A stretch of DNA of 64,000 nucleotides, from NCBI RefSeq assembly GCF_001194135.2, contig NC_068990.1, positions 27,945,696 through 28,009,695 of the forward strand, given 5' to 3'. The position numbers were made by a program, and so were the translations under genes. Shown in pieces: positions 39,660 through 52,674 of the stretch (position 1 is its first letter; each line of letters opens with the position of its first letter). This DNA is from Octopus bimaculoides. Its lineage: Eukaryota. The notes under the pieces are model-generated. The model was not told where the DNA came from and searched no databases. It was given only the letters and a program-made list of their open reading frames with translations.

Positions 39660-40040
39660 ATCACCAAAAACTGCGTGTAGTCCATTACATGCATCTGTGG
39701 CAGGTTATACAAAGTGGAAACATGCTGCCCCCTCAAAATAAGGGTAGACGAATATCGCAAAGCTGTGACACGAGGAGATATTGATGAATCGGATATAGCT
39801 GATCATGTATGGGAAAATGGAGACAACCTCACTCTGTGGGATAAAATTAAAAAAATAGACAGTGAACACCACTGGAAAATACGAAAACTAAAAGAAGTAG
39901 CACATATGCTACGACACAACAACCTCCTAAGCACCTAAGCAGACCTAATGCAGATATGAACAGCATACGGGAACCAGTATAAAGGAAGGATAGGAGAATA
40001 TTAGACTTATAAGCCCTAAAATTCACTCCATAATTGCCCA
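39660..40040 (+). mobile_element. Penelope-like element, GIY-YIG endonuclease fragment
   Basis: It reads NCV*SITCICGRLYKVETCCPLKIRVDEYRKAVTRG..SDIADHVW..HWKIRKLKEVAHML, matching the PLE pattern VY.I.C.CG..Y.GET.R.L..R..EH. Confidence 0.8.
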
Positions 40041-40099
40041 CGGGCAATTTAAGTTATTATTATTATTATTTATATCTTTATTATCATTAATGTTTCTAC

Positions 40100-40102
40100 A
40101 AT

Positions 40103-40146
<44 letters not shown>

Positions 40147-40179
40147 TTACAACTACTACAACTACTACTACTACTACTT

Positions 40180-40212
<33 letters not shown>

Positions 40213-40215
40213 GTA
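40100..40215. repeat. (CTA)n microsatellite
   Basis: Directly visible. Confidence 0.95.
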
Positions 40216-40569
40216 GTAGTACTGCTACCCCCACCACCACCAACAACAAGATTGTTATCCTATTTATTCTCATCTCTCTCATCAGGATTAATATAGCGTT
40301 TGTCACATATATGGTTCACCATTATCAGCACCGTTCTCAAATAATGTGCTCGTTTTCAATGTCTCCATATTTCCATTATTATCTTTGAGATGAATACGAT
40401 GGCCTAGAATTCTGAAAGCATCTTCATCATTAACATTATCCCCAATATCAACATCCACTTCGAGTTATTTTTTTTATTCTCACTAATGCGCGCTTTCCTC
40501 ACTGATGAAATGCACTTTAGATTTCCTATTCATAGGAAGGCACTTTCTAGCTCAATATTAAGACTACTT

Positions 40570-41010
40570 GTAAGGCAGCACCCTGGCAGAAACGTTAGCA
40601 TGTCGGGCGAAATGCTTAGTGCTATTTCGCCTGTCTTTACGTTCTGAGTTCAAATTCCGCCGAGGTCGACTTTGTCTTTCATCCTTTCCGGGTCGATAAA
40701 GTAAGTACCGGTTGCGTACTGGGGTTGATCTAATCGATTGGCTCCCTCCCGAAAAATTTCAGGCTTTGCGCCCAGAGTAGAAAAGAATATTCCAACACAA
40801 TAAGGCAGCAAGCTGCCAGAATCGAAATGTTTAGGGCTATTTCGTCTGTCATTACGTTCTGAGTTCAAATTCCGCCGAAGTCGACTTTGTCCTTCATCCC
40901 TTCGCAGTCGATAAATTAAGTACCAGTTGCATACTGAGGTTGATGGAATCGACTGGCCCGTTCCCCACCAAAGAAATTTCCGGCCTTGTGCCTAGAGTAG
41001 AAAAGAAATA
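40570..41010 (+). mobile_element. Two head-to-tail SINE family A copies
   Basis: The copies at about 40570-40790 and 40800-41010 each run from GGCAGAA.CG.. to TGTGCC.AGAGTAGAAAAGAA. Confidence 0.9.
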
Positions 41011-42254
41011 ATATTAAAAATATTTATGTAACTTATCAATTATCTCATATATATATATATATAAGTCACAAGGATCTACATGTATCAATACATTATGGCC
41101 GTTTCAAGCGGCTCCATTTAATTGATGAATGAAATCATTAAATCAAATTGAAAGAAACTGCTCTTTTCAGTTACAGATGACCATATAGATTTCAAACATA
41201 AGCGATAAACCATGCTAAACAGATTTACATCTATAGTAGCAAGACAAAATAATTACATTGTTTCCTAATGTTATAACTGTGCCAGAATGAGTTTCGAAAA
41301 TAATTCATATCTTATTAAGCCTACTATAATTTAGAGAGTAGCAGAGGAAAAATAGTGGTGTCAGGATAAGGGAGCGGTGACGTAGTTATTTATATTTAGA
41401 AGACCTTATGAAGCATGTAGTCTTCACCCATTGAGAATTAAAACCATTGGGAGTTGTCAACTGTATTCTAGTTGATGGTCATAAATCAATTAATGTCAGA
41501 CAATCTCCCAAACCCTCATTGTATTGGAACCATATATCTAGCTTTATCTACATAAAAAGTTATGTCGCAGAGTCGCTTGTAAGAGACTGACTAATGGAGA
41601 AGAGGTGGTAACTAGAAGAAGGACGCACTATACAGAACTGGCAAGATGTCTCAGTTTATGTACCAAATTCAACTGAATCTAGATTATATATCCCTTCTAT
41701 TATTATTAATGTCTTCAGCTAAAGTTCAAAGAAATTTCAAGTATAGTGTGGATGTATTATTAATAATTTCTTTGTGTTTCACTTACAATTCTTCACCTCT
41801 TGCATGTTCCCTCTAAATAAAAACCGTTTAAAACATTCATAAATTATAATCTTTAAACAATGTTGTGTCTTATTTTTGCGAATTACTTATGAGGTGACTT
41901 AATCTACTCTGCCTATTTAGAGTCAATCTGGAGCAAATATCTTCTCCATTCTTTGTCTCGTGAAGTCACAAGTCCTGGTTTGTTGCCTGTTGCACGCACG
42001 GTGCAAAGATTTGCAGCTTTGATTTCCGGAGTGTGCGCTGCGTTGTGTTCTGCAGTAGTACATTACATTTCAAGTTACTTCAGTTCGCTCACATCTAAAG
42101 GAGAGACAATACGATGGACTGGAGTCACATTCAATTGGGATGTTGTGATGTTGGTCATTGAAACGTCATCGAAATCGAATAACTGGCACTTTAGATCCTA
42201 GGACTCCAGACAATAAGGTTCTGTGGTCTACATTAATTTTACTTTTCCCACCAT

Positions 42255-42565
42255 AGAATTATAGTGCAATTCAAAAGCCAAAGAAAAGAATCAACAGATT
42301 CTCGTCTCGACCGACCTGGTCCCTCGGAAAGGAAGCTTCGCTGTTTGAAGAGAATTGTGGAAAACGAACCCCGTTCGAAGGCTTCTGTCATTGCAAAACA
42401 GCTAGAAGATGGTCCAAGAATGTTTGTTACATATCTGCATAAGCTTGGGTATTATGGAGTATTATGGACGAGCAGCTAGAAGAAACCCTCTCCTTCCACC
42501 AATTCATATCAAATAAAAAGATTTTGAAAATAAAAGGTGTCTATATATTTCCTGCTTGTCTGCAT
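42255..42565 (+). mobile_element. Internally deleted Tc1-like transposon fragment
   Basis: QFKSQRKESTDSRLDRPGP..LKRIVENEPRSKASVIAKQL..YLHKLGYYG(R)AARRNPLL matches the Tc1 HTH region. A 10-bp duplication (GTATTATGGA) shifts the frame, and there is a TIR-like end GGTGTCTATATATTTCCTGC. Confidence 0.75.
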
Positions 42566-42779
42566 ATATATATATACATATGCTACTGCATATATTTCGT
42601 GTTTTTTCCCCACCAGATAGAGTCTCGGTTCTTGTAGCTTCTCCTCGTTGTCCATCTGCTGCACCGAGGCAATATTCTTGATGTATTGGCGTTAAGCAAA
42701 AAATCTTTCCTTATATTTAATATCTTTTCAGTAATTTTGCTGATTTCTGAATACATTTCTTTCTCTATTTAATTTGCGC

Positions 42780-42832
<53 letters not shown>

Positions 42833-42959
42833 CGCGTGTGTGTGAGTTATAGTATCAAGTTTTATTTGTAATTCTGGTTATGTGCTATTTGTTTATATAG
42901 GATAAAAGCACCGTCTTGTCCAAGTTTCCTGTCCAGTTACGTTACTATAGAATGTCTAT

Positions 42960-43103
42960 ATATCAAATCGTCATGAAAATGTCATTACACACGACGCTAA
43001 TGTTTAAAAAAGAAAATAAATTAAGAAGTAGAAGTACATAACAAATAAATCTATGAAAATTTAAGCAGAAAAAAAGAAAGGGTGAAAGAAATGGAAGTGA
43101 CCA
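42960..43103 (+). mobile_element. Possible mariner 5' end running into a gap
   Basis: An AT-rich leader is followed by ATGGAAGTGACCA (MEVT.., a mariner-like start) immediately before the N-run. Confidence 0.35.
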
Positions 43104-43292
43104 NNNNNNNNNNNNNNNNNNNNNNNNNNNNNNNNNNNNNNNNNNNNNNNNNNNNNNNNNNNNNNNNNNNNNNNNNNNNNNNNNNNNNNNNNNNNNNNNN
43201 NNNNNNNNNNNNNNNNNNNNNNNNNNNNNNNNNNNNNNNNNNNNNNNNNNNNNNNNNNNNNNNNNNNNNNNNNNNNNNNNNNNNNNNNNNNN

Positions 43293-43341
<49 letters not shown>

Positions 43342-43351
43342 GTGTGTGTGT

Positions 43352-43398
<47 letters not shown>

Positions 43399-43589
43399 CA
43401 GAGAGATTGAGTTAGAGATAGAAATACATTGATAGATAGATAGATAGATAGATATACGTACACATAGGCATACATACACTCATATATTGATATACATGTA
43501 CATACATAGACACACACGCTGGCACACCTACGCACACACACACACATATTTATGAATGTAGCTATGTATGTTAGTATCATTATTAGTGA

Positions 43590-43990
43590 AAACAATTTGG
43601 TACGGCACCATATGATTCAAACTCAGGCAGGATTCTTTTTAATAGAAATCTGGCTCATTATGCAATATGTGTTCAACCTATGTTGCGCCAGTTTCCCTTA
43701 TAGAATGGTACGGATGTTCATGGATGAGTCCATTTAATTGTTTCGCATCGATCTGAACAGAACAACCTTAAGGCGAGTATTTTGTGATTTCGAATTTCCC
43801 TTCCTCAGTGTGTGTAAAAAATTTCTGTGCAGTTCTTTCAGTAGAAGCACCTTTTTCGTACAACGTACTAGTGTCTCGTATAGATTTGGCAGTTTTGAAA
43901 CCTTGAGTGAAAGAAAAGGAAAGTAGGTGTAGAAAATGCTTATTTTTTTGACATGGCACTCATAGTCATATGTGTGAAAATGTGGTACAG
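43590..43990 (-). mobile_element. Mariner transposase N-terminal fragment
   Basis: CQKNKHFLHLLSFSFTQGFKTAKSIRDTSTLYEKGASTERTAQKFF..GKFE resembles the mariner HTH (HFRH+LLF.FN.G..AA.A.R.IC.VYG.GA..ERT...WF). Confidence 0.8.
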
Positions 43991-44282
43991 ACATTTCAAA
44001 TTTCTAAAGAGTTTAACAAAAGTTGTCGCGGAAGATTTGAGCAACAAAGTCCGATAGAATTCTATGATAGAAATACATATTCGTGTTGAATCTACGAATA
44101 TTGGCAAAGACTAAAATGAGTAGAAAGAATCAAAATGGAACAAATTTATGTGACAAACCAAAACTTTTGCCACCAAATATTGCAGGGAAAATGGTCAAAT
44201 ATTACGTTGAATAATTAAATTTATTTATGACCAACAAGCACTGGTGATGTTTGTAGAACACTTTTCACACACAGGCACACAC

Positions 44283-44330
<48 letters not shown>

Positions 44331-44602
44331 CCACACAAGCTTACACACACAAGCTTACACACAAACAAGCTTACACGTACACATATATACCAGCAACGCA
44401 TAAAAAAACACTTATATCGGCATTTGTATATATTGATTCCACGTATGTGCATGTGTGTGTTGTGTACGCGTATGCGTGTATGATTATACATGTAAGTGTA
44501 TATGCCAGCCCATACGAGGGCACAAAGACTACCACACACACACACACACACACACAGACATACACACGCATACACACACGCATATACATATATATGCATA
44601 TA

Positions 44603-44638
<36 letters not shown>

Positions 44639-46314
44639 TATGGTTGTGTATAAATACGTTTATATATCCATGTATGTATATGTATAACCACACAAACACA
44701 TACATACATACATACATACATACATACAAAACGGACGATTATAAATGAAACTACAACTCACGTTTTAATATTTATACACCCCACCACATTGTATAGAACG
44801 ATTGGCAGAGAAGCAACCCAGCTCAGGGTAAATTATTTTAACAGGAATTCTTGCAGTGAAGCCGAACATGCACGTAGTGGTTTGCATCGACCTTCCCATT
44901 CGTTCGCAAAGGATGCACTCTTTCTAGCAATAGCGTAAACTGGTGTCATCTTATCTTACCATACATTAATCACAGTTTAATCGCGATTTGCTTCAAGACA
45001 ATCAGCTTGAATCTCCTGGAAACTATATTTTTTTGGTCACAAGTATGTGAAGTATATTCGTACGTAAGTATACGCTTGTATTTATATATATATATATATA
45101 TATNNNNNNNNNNNNNNNNNNNNNNNNNNNNNNNNNNNNNNNNNNNNNNNNNNNNNNNNNNNNNNNNNNNNNNNNNNNNNNNNNNNNNNNNNNNNNNNNN
45201 NNNNNNNNNNNNNNNNNNNNNNNNNNNNNNNNNNNNNNNNNNNNNNNNNNNNNNNNNNNNNNNNNNNNNNNNNNNNNNNNNNNNNNNNNNNNNNNNNNNN
45301 NNNNNNNNNNNNNNNNNNNNNNNNNNNNNNNNNNNNNNNNNNNNNNNNNNNNNNNNNNNNNNNNNNNNNNNNNNNNNNNNNNNNNNNNNNNNNNNNNNNN
45401 NNNNNNNNNNNNNNNNNNNNNNNNNNNNNNNNNNNNNNNNNNNNNNNNNNNNNNNNNNNNNNNNNNNNNNNNNNNNNNNNNNNNNNNNNNNNNNNNNNNN
45501 NNNNNNNNNNNNNNNNNNNNNNNNNNNNNNNNNNNNNNNNNNNNNNNNNNNNNNNNNNNNNNNNNNNNNNNNNNNNNNNNNNNNNNNNNNNNNNNNNNNN
45601 NNNNNNNNNNNNNNNNNNNNNNNNNNNNNNNNNNNNNNNNNNNNNNNNNNNNNNNNNNNNNNNNNNNNNNNNNNNNNNNNNNNNNNNNNNNNATATATAT
45701 ATATATATATACATATATACGCGTACCTACACAGACACATATACATACATGCATTCGTACGTAATCACATATATACGTAAGTCCGTACACACTTATAGAT
45801 AGGGAAGCACATCAGCTTCAGGCTAAACAACTTGCAATATTCAACAAGTTGGTGAAAGAGAGAAGTACCTCCATGATGACTCCTTCCTTTTAAACTATCT
45901 GTCCAATCATATCGGCTTCAGTCAAAAGCACTTGAACGCTAGAGATGCAATAATGCATCAGAAACGTAACGGCATTCTTCCCTTGATCTATCGATTAAGA
46001 TTTTTCCTGAGTACTGGCGTGATATAAGAAGTATCAATCGATTTCTAAACCTCGATACTTACTTTTAACACCACCGCCACTACCACCACCGTTGCATTCA
46101 CCACCACTCCTGTCAACCATCTTGTCGGAGATTTCTACATGTACAAACCAAGACGAAATTTTGACAGAGACAGCACCAATAGTATCTACACGACTGCCAA
46201 GTAATACAGAGATATGAAGACAACATTTATTAATAACATCGTAAAATAATTGTTTCAGTTAAACAGAGATGATTTGAATGATATATTAGTATATTACTGG
46301 TATTTCTGTTTTAG

Positions 46315-46430
46315 AGACCTGGGCAATCACAAAACAAATCGAACGTTCTTGATGCAGAATTTCATTATAAGGAGATGGAAATAATTCCTGCATAGTACTT
46401 GACCCATGACCACTGAAGCTATACAGCTAT
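46315..46430 (+). mobile_element. RTE LINE fragment
   Basis: ETWAITKQIER..DA.E..Y..M.II resembles the RTE pattern ETW.+TK...RL.A.EM.F.RRM. Confidence 0.45.
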
Positions 46431-46496
46431 AGTTTTCACTAACAGTATGTGTAATTAATCAAAAATAATGATATGGCTTCACTAATTTAAATGTTT

Positions 46497-46622
<126 letters not shown>

Positions 46623-46799
46623 CTACTTTTCAAGCAAACATAAGTTTTAAACAATGCGATATATTCAAATAATCTTTTCTACTATAAGCACATTGCCTGT
46701 GTTTTGGAGGAGGGGTAAGTCGATTAAATCGACACCAGTACGTAACTGGTACTTATTTCATCAATCCCAAAAGAATGAAAGGCAAGATATATTCAAATA

Positions 46800-47330
46800 A
46801 TGATATAATTACTGTTTCGTTCCATCACCTTCTGCCATCCTGTGAGCAGATCCATTATTCCCCGTTCAAAAAATGTCCTGCTATTACTGGCGAAAAACTA
46901 TTCCGTTTAGATTTCTGCATCTTTTTCGTATTCAAAGATATCTCCATTCAATGAATTTTGAAGAGACCGAAGAAATTAGAAATTTGAGGCACATGTCGTG
47001 CCTTCAAAAACTTCTCATACGAGCAAAACTTCCCATAAAAGATCCACTAACTTCTGTCGTCTGCTTCTGGAAAGAAATGTGAGATCTGGCAATATCAGGA
47101 TGAAAGACAATGACTTTACGATTAGAAACTTTACGACGCTTCAGGTGGATCGCTGCATTTAATATGTCCAACTGATCACAGTTCACAACCGAATTCATGG
47201 TCCTGTCCACGGACAACACCTTTTGAAATTGAAAGCATAACTCACTCCGGATGAAGTTGCTTGTAGTGGTTCACTGCGTTTACTCCCATCACTGTTCGTG
47301 TTTCACGTTGTTACACGAGATCAATTGTGC
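46800..47330 (-). mobile_element. Mariner transposase catalytic and C-terminal fragment
   Basis: It reads TMNSVVNCDQLDILNAAIHLKRRKVSNRKVIVFHPDIARSH, then LFRSLQNSLNG-like sequence and ERGIMDLLTGWQKVMERN. Confidence 0.85.
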
Positions 47331-47341
47331 AAGGGACCAAT

Positions 47342-47393
47342 ATAATGTTCGACCAACATAATGTTCGACCAACATAATGTTCGACCAACATAA
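47342..47393. repeat. 16-bp tandem repeat (ATAATGTTCGACCAAC) x3 plus a partial unit
   Basis: Three exact units are directly visible. Confidence 0.95.
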
Positions 47394-47693
47394 CGGCATC
47401 ATCAGTAACATTGATAGCACAATCTGAAAACATCAAAATATCAATGCTGTGTGTGGATATTTTATGTCAAATCACTCCCTCTTGCTGAATCTCACACAAA
47501 CCCAAAGAAGTATGTTCTCAAATACACACAGAAGAACAGGCACACACGTAGTGGCATATATGCATACATATATACATATGCATATATATATATATATATA
47601 NNNNNNNNNNGATTGCTATTTAAAATTAATACTACCTGTGTGGCATGGATCGAATAGACACACATATATATACATAGAATTATACGCACAAAC

Positions 47694-47749
<56 letters not shown>

Positions 47750-48171
47750 GAATGTGTGTGAGTATGTGTATGTGTGTGCGCATACGTGCGTTTGTGTGTG
47801 TTTGTGTGTGTATGTGTGTCATATGCCTACAGTGACTGCATCCAGTTGGCATTTCTTTATCAAATTAAAAGCCTACATTCACTTTGATGAGTCAACGATT
47901 CAAACGTTTCTGCATTTATTTGATCGAGAAAGAGCGAAAAAATCGTAATTGAATCTTACTTCAAGAGTTTTGATAATTATCTGTAGAAGAAAGATGCAGA
48001 AGTCAGTTAAAACGCATTTCACTCAACATTTCCTTCATTATTATATACTCGGGGTTAAATGAATAATAAATTTTGTTGTAAAATAATGCTGATATTTTAA
48101 AATTCACACCTTCCACCTGCGCGTGTGTAATGCGTTATCTTCATATACACATATATATACATACACATACA

Positions 48172-48244
<73 letters not shown>

Positions 48245-48539
48245 TAGATACAGAATTTAGTGACAACATAAGAAACTACATTTAGTTAGTGAGTGAAATA
48301 ATGTCAATAATACACAAATAATTATAAATACTATAAATATTATATATATCACCAACACCACATATTTCAGCTATAGCCAGTAGGTTTACCAATCTCGAAT
48401 ATTGAATGAACATATTAACACAAGCATTAATATCTAACAAATGACAGTTTGGCACACAACTAAATGTATGAATATATTTTACTCGTTTATTCCATTGAAC
48501 CGCGGCCATGAAAATGTTTGTAACATCAAGTATCAGAAC

Positions 48540-48835
48540 ACAGGACCTGGCAACAGTCTTCAATCTCCTTAGTTTCAAAGATTTGGACAACATCGACTCA
48601 AATATCGAGGCCGACTTCGTACAAGCACACTAGCCAAATGCTGCTCCCTCTAATGCAAAACCTTACCTCTCATTGTGGTTTTGCGGTACGGACTAATGTA
48701 GGCTTTGCCGTCCATTTAAGAAAACATGTAGTAAACGATTCACAAGCACTCGAGCAAGCTGAGCCCTCACGTTGCCAAAAGGTTGGCAAGGCACCAGCAG
48801 GCCTCAAGAGACAGATGCGTATCTATAAAACATGA
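48540..48835 (+). mobile_element. LINE (probably RTE) 3' end with two decayed C2H2-like fingers
   Basis: HCGFAVRTNVGFAVHLRKH and CQKVGKAPAGLKRQMRIY lie in one frame. Confidence 0.5.
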
Positions 48836-49369
48836 TTATCGCTTTACTTTACCGAACTCTGGTTTGTCGTTCACGACGAGAGAATTCATCGCGCCCACGT
48901 GTGTGTGTGTGTGTGTATGTGTATGAATGTAGATGCAGCTTTCACACATTTTCGAGCAACAAGATTTACTCACAAAGTAATGATAGCCCTTGTGTTACAG
49001 TAGATGACATTTGCTCAATTGTCCCCGCAATGGGACTGAACCGAAAGCCACGTTATTGCCAAGCGAGCTTCGTAACCACACCGCCAAACCTGCACTGTTT
49101 AGCTACGTGAAACAACATTCTCCTTTTAAACGTGTTAGACGTGCGGCGATGATAGTCATCCTTTACCTTTATAAATTCCTGTTGTCAGTCGTTGATGTCT
49201 CAAATGACTATAGCAACCGCATAGTTTCTAAAACTTTTATATCAGTCGACTCATATTTAATCATTGTTATATGTTGATGTGATTTATTTATGTACAGATA
49301 TGAGCTTCATATAGACTTCTTTCTCAATGATAAATTGTCTCTCCATTTCGTAAGTTTTGTTTATTAATG

Positions 49370-49406
<37 letters not shown>

Positions 49407-49419
49407 GCAGAGAAATTTA

Positions 49420-50300
49420 AACACAGGATGTAGGTTTGATTAATGTCACTTGGTTTAACAGAATAAACTTATTGATAGAAAAGCACCTGGAATCATGACA
49501 AAGGGTATGAATTGGTGCTTGATTGATGAACATCATCGGCAGTGTTTTAGTATATAAACGTTTACAAATTCTAAGAAACACATCAGCGATATTTAATAGA
49601 TTTCTTTTACTTAAATAATTTATTACAAGGCAATGCAACCAAGCTTACTTGGATACTCAATCTGCTGGATACAACATTAAATCTTCCTGAAATAAAATCT
49701 AGCTGTGTGAAGGAGTTCGTAGCAGGGGTATTCACATGAAAGACGAAGTAAAACGCGTTAACAAAAACTTTTAGAATTCCCAGAAAAATCACTATATACC
49801 TGTAAAGGTATGTTGAAATGATTAGTTATTTATGTTGGGATAATTTCTTCAATACCTACACTATTCGGAAGATGTAAAAAATATTTGTCTCATCCATTTT
49901 TGTTATGTGCGCGACACCAAGCAAATTGTGACCAGAAACATTGTTGTCCAGTAAACTCATTAACATGTTTTCGAAAGTTTAAGGTCAATGCAAATAATCA
50001 CCATCAGGCATTTTACGCTGGTTTTGAAAAATTGAGAGGAATTAGCAATTAAGATTTTTTGGTGAATAGAGTTAATTTGTAAGATGTCATCTACGTCACT
50101 CTTTTTGAATCGCCTTCAAATGAAGCAGATTATATTCCGGGTTTTAAAAAAATATCAATTTAAATTTGTTTCATTATTCAACATGAATCAATAACATTCA
50201 AGAGGTACGACTTCGACATTTCATAACTTATGTCTCTGATTGACACATATTTCCCGTGAAAAATGGCCCTAGAATTAACGTAGTTATACATAATGAACTG
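49420..50300 (-). mobile_element. Highly decayed Penelope-like element (RT to GIY-YIG)
   Basis: The minus strand carries (Y)VDDIL..INSIHQKI, NYP and ICKRLY remnants in the expected order, with many frameshifts. Confidence 0.35.
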
Positions 50301-50479
50301 CTACCAAAATGGCTTTAGAAACGGTAGGAGTTGTTGATGAAAAGTCACTATGACTGTGGTCGATAAACAGCTATTAAAAACATTTTGACAAACCGTCATT
50401 TCTCAAGCGTGTTTGAATAATTTCATTGAAATGCATCGATAAAGGAATGCTTACGTTGCATTGTTCTTATGCCAGACGG

Positions 50480-50770
50480 CATTCTCAGAGTTGCAATTAT
50501 TTCAAAGATGCCGTCCCAGTCCCCCACTAGCAGTAAAGTGCGAGACGTACCAGATAGGCTTTAAGGCGCCTTAAGAAAACCGGTCGTTTGGCCCCGGTAG
50601 GACGTAGACAGCCACCAGTCTATTGCTCACGTCCAGGACCACCAACTTATTGTTCGGGTCCGGGAAGATCGACCTTGCCTTGAGATTCAGGATTTCCTAA
50701 ACAACACTACCACCCCACTTCCTATTCCCGTTCGACTGACAGATACAAAGATCTGATAGTCGTCTAATTG
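50480..50770 (-). mobile_element. Tx1/L1-like LINE ORF2, APE endonuclease fragment
   Basis: With frameshifts it reads DYQIFVS..GSGVVVLFRKS..KARSIFPDPNNKLVVLDVS.RLVAVY..LRRLKAYLGTSRTLLLVGDWDGIF (an APE GDxN-type motif). Confidence 0.75.
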
Positions 50771-50869
50771 ACCCTAACCAATTTGAATCAATCAAAAGCC
50801 TTCGGTTAAGTCTACCACCAATACAGCGTTCTCGCAGTGGCTTCTTTTGTTCCCCTTAGCCGTGACTAG

Positions 50870-51680
50870 ATTGCCACACGTGCGAAGACGTTCTCGACAG
50901 GAGACTGGGCATCGATGAGTATCAACTGGCTGATATATTCCGGTGGATATTCGGACTGAGGCCCATGGATAATTTCGAGTAATCCTTGACCTGCCTGTGT
51001 TACTAAGGCGTATTACTGGTTCTGGATAAACAATACAGGTATGGAAGTGCCATTAGCCGGGCTTACTCGAGATGCGCAAAGAGAGACGAAGCTATTCTGC
51101 ACGTTCTCTTCCCATGCTCAAGCATTGCTGACTTGTACATTTATATCGAACACTTGCTCTCATGTGTAGAGGGCATTCAGCTATCAGCTAAGTCTTCCGT
51201 GAAGGTCGCTTCGCCTCCTTTCTTTGGTTGCAAAGGGAAAGCAGTATTTTTTCTCTGGCAGCCTAAGCGAAAGAGTTTTTATCATGGGTAGGTTGAAAGA
51301 GTTGAAGACAGGGACGTTCTTATTTGGCCAAACCCTAATCAACTTTCTAAAGGTTCACTTGAAAAGGAGAGAGGACAGAAATATAAGCGCTTTCGCCTAG
51401 TAATTTTGTGGAAACGTAGGTAGATGTGGAGAAATAGTCCGAGTGAGTGGACCTACTCTAAGCTTGAGCCTGTAAATTGAAAGAAAACTATGTGAAGCAT
51501 ATCTCTAGGTCAATACCGGACTAGTCCTCCCAGGCAGTTTTTGTCACCTCTATCGGGACGATATCTGATCCTTGCTCGATTACACATCCCAGAAGCCATC
51601 ACATATCAAGTCCTGGTGGGGTACTGGGAACGCGGACACGTGCTGTTCTTTTTCCCACGTGCGAGAGGTACTTTATGAAC
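50870..51680 (+). mobile_element. Tx1/L1-like LINE ORF2 C-terminus (CCHC region) plus proximal 3'UTR
   Basis: It reads IFGLRPMDNF..CY*GVLLVLDKQYRYGSAISRAYSRCAKRDEAILHVLFPC..GQTLINFLKVHLKR, with the stop TAA at 51473-51475. Confidence 0.8.
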
Positions 51681-51689
51681 TTGTTGGTT

Positions 51690-52660
51690 TTTCAAGATGC
51701 CATTAAGTGCAACATAGTGAGGGCTTCTGACTTAAAAAACACTGAAATAATGCCGTGTTTTCTGTCCCTCGCTATGTACTCGGTATCATCTCTGATACGA
51801 TACATCTCAGTGCAACTTCAATATATTCTTGTGCTATTAAAGCCGCTGTTTCGTCTCTGCTGAGATGCATCTGAAATGTACCGTCTTTCTCTCCACTTCT
51901 TCGATGTCTTCCGCCGGGACCCTTAGGTTGGCCGAGCTTTCTCGTAATTGATGAGTTTCCAGGCTTGGGCTAACTTTTCATCTTTGTTTAAGAGGTCTCG
52001 ACCGAATTGTGGTCTCATTTTGGCTGCTGCCGCTGCGAAATGGTTCTTGGTGTTATTGTTGATAATATTGGTATCGTTGTTGTTGTTCTTGCTGCTGTTG
52101 CTGCTACTGTTGCTGCTGCTGCTGTGGTTGTCATTGTGTTGGTTTGTGTTGTAGGAGTTGTTGACACCTTAGCTATCGTTTTTGTTGTTGTTGCTATCGC
52201 TGCTGCTGCTGCCGTTGCTATCTCTCGTACTGTTGATTTTGCTACCACTACTACTATCGCTGTTTCTGGCACTGGTGGTAGCGGTAGTAGAGATGGTAGT
52301 GGTTTCACCTGTGTTGTTGGTGTCGGTATTTTATTTTTGTTTCTGTTTCTGCGGTGATACAGAAGTGGAAGAGGCAAGGGGAATTCATTTTCATACGTTC
52401 TACGTTCGCTATTGTTGTTGTTGTTGTCGATGTTTTTGCTGCAGCAGTCGCTGTCTTGTTGAACTTGGCTGTTCTGTCTTGCGGATAACCCGCTGCTCTT
52501 TTCAGCAGACGGACGGTTTTCGTTCGCCATCTTTGATCTTAGCGAAAAATGTTAGGAATGTTGTAACCCCAAAGAAATTTACAATATATAACAATATGAA
52601 TAATAGCAAAACTTACGTAGCGACGTGCGACACGTGTCGATAGACGATCAGCAACAACAA
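51690..52660 (-). mobile_element. Putative LINE 5'UTR plus ORF1 N-terminal part
   Basis: ATG at 52530 opens MANENRPSAEKSSGLSARQ.. and a Thr/Ala-rich linker. With frameshifts it continues ..VPAEDIEEVERKTVHFRCIS..YIARDRKHGIISVFFKSE (RRM-like). It lies upstream of, and collinear with, the minus-strand APE fragment. Confidence 0.55.
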
Positions 52661-52674
52661 CAACAAAAATAATA

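Noticed and set aside
40293-40330. Degenerate hammerhead-like string on the minus strand (CTGATAA..CAAACGCTA)
   Set aside because: Both catalytic boxes are altered and stem II is broken, and it lies on the opposite strand to the nearby Penelope fragment.
47342-47393. CRISPR-like array
   Set aside because: The units are directly adjacent with no spacers, and the context is eukaryotic with no cas genes.
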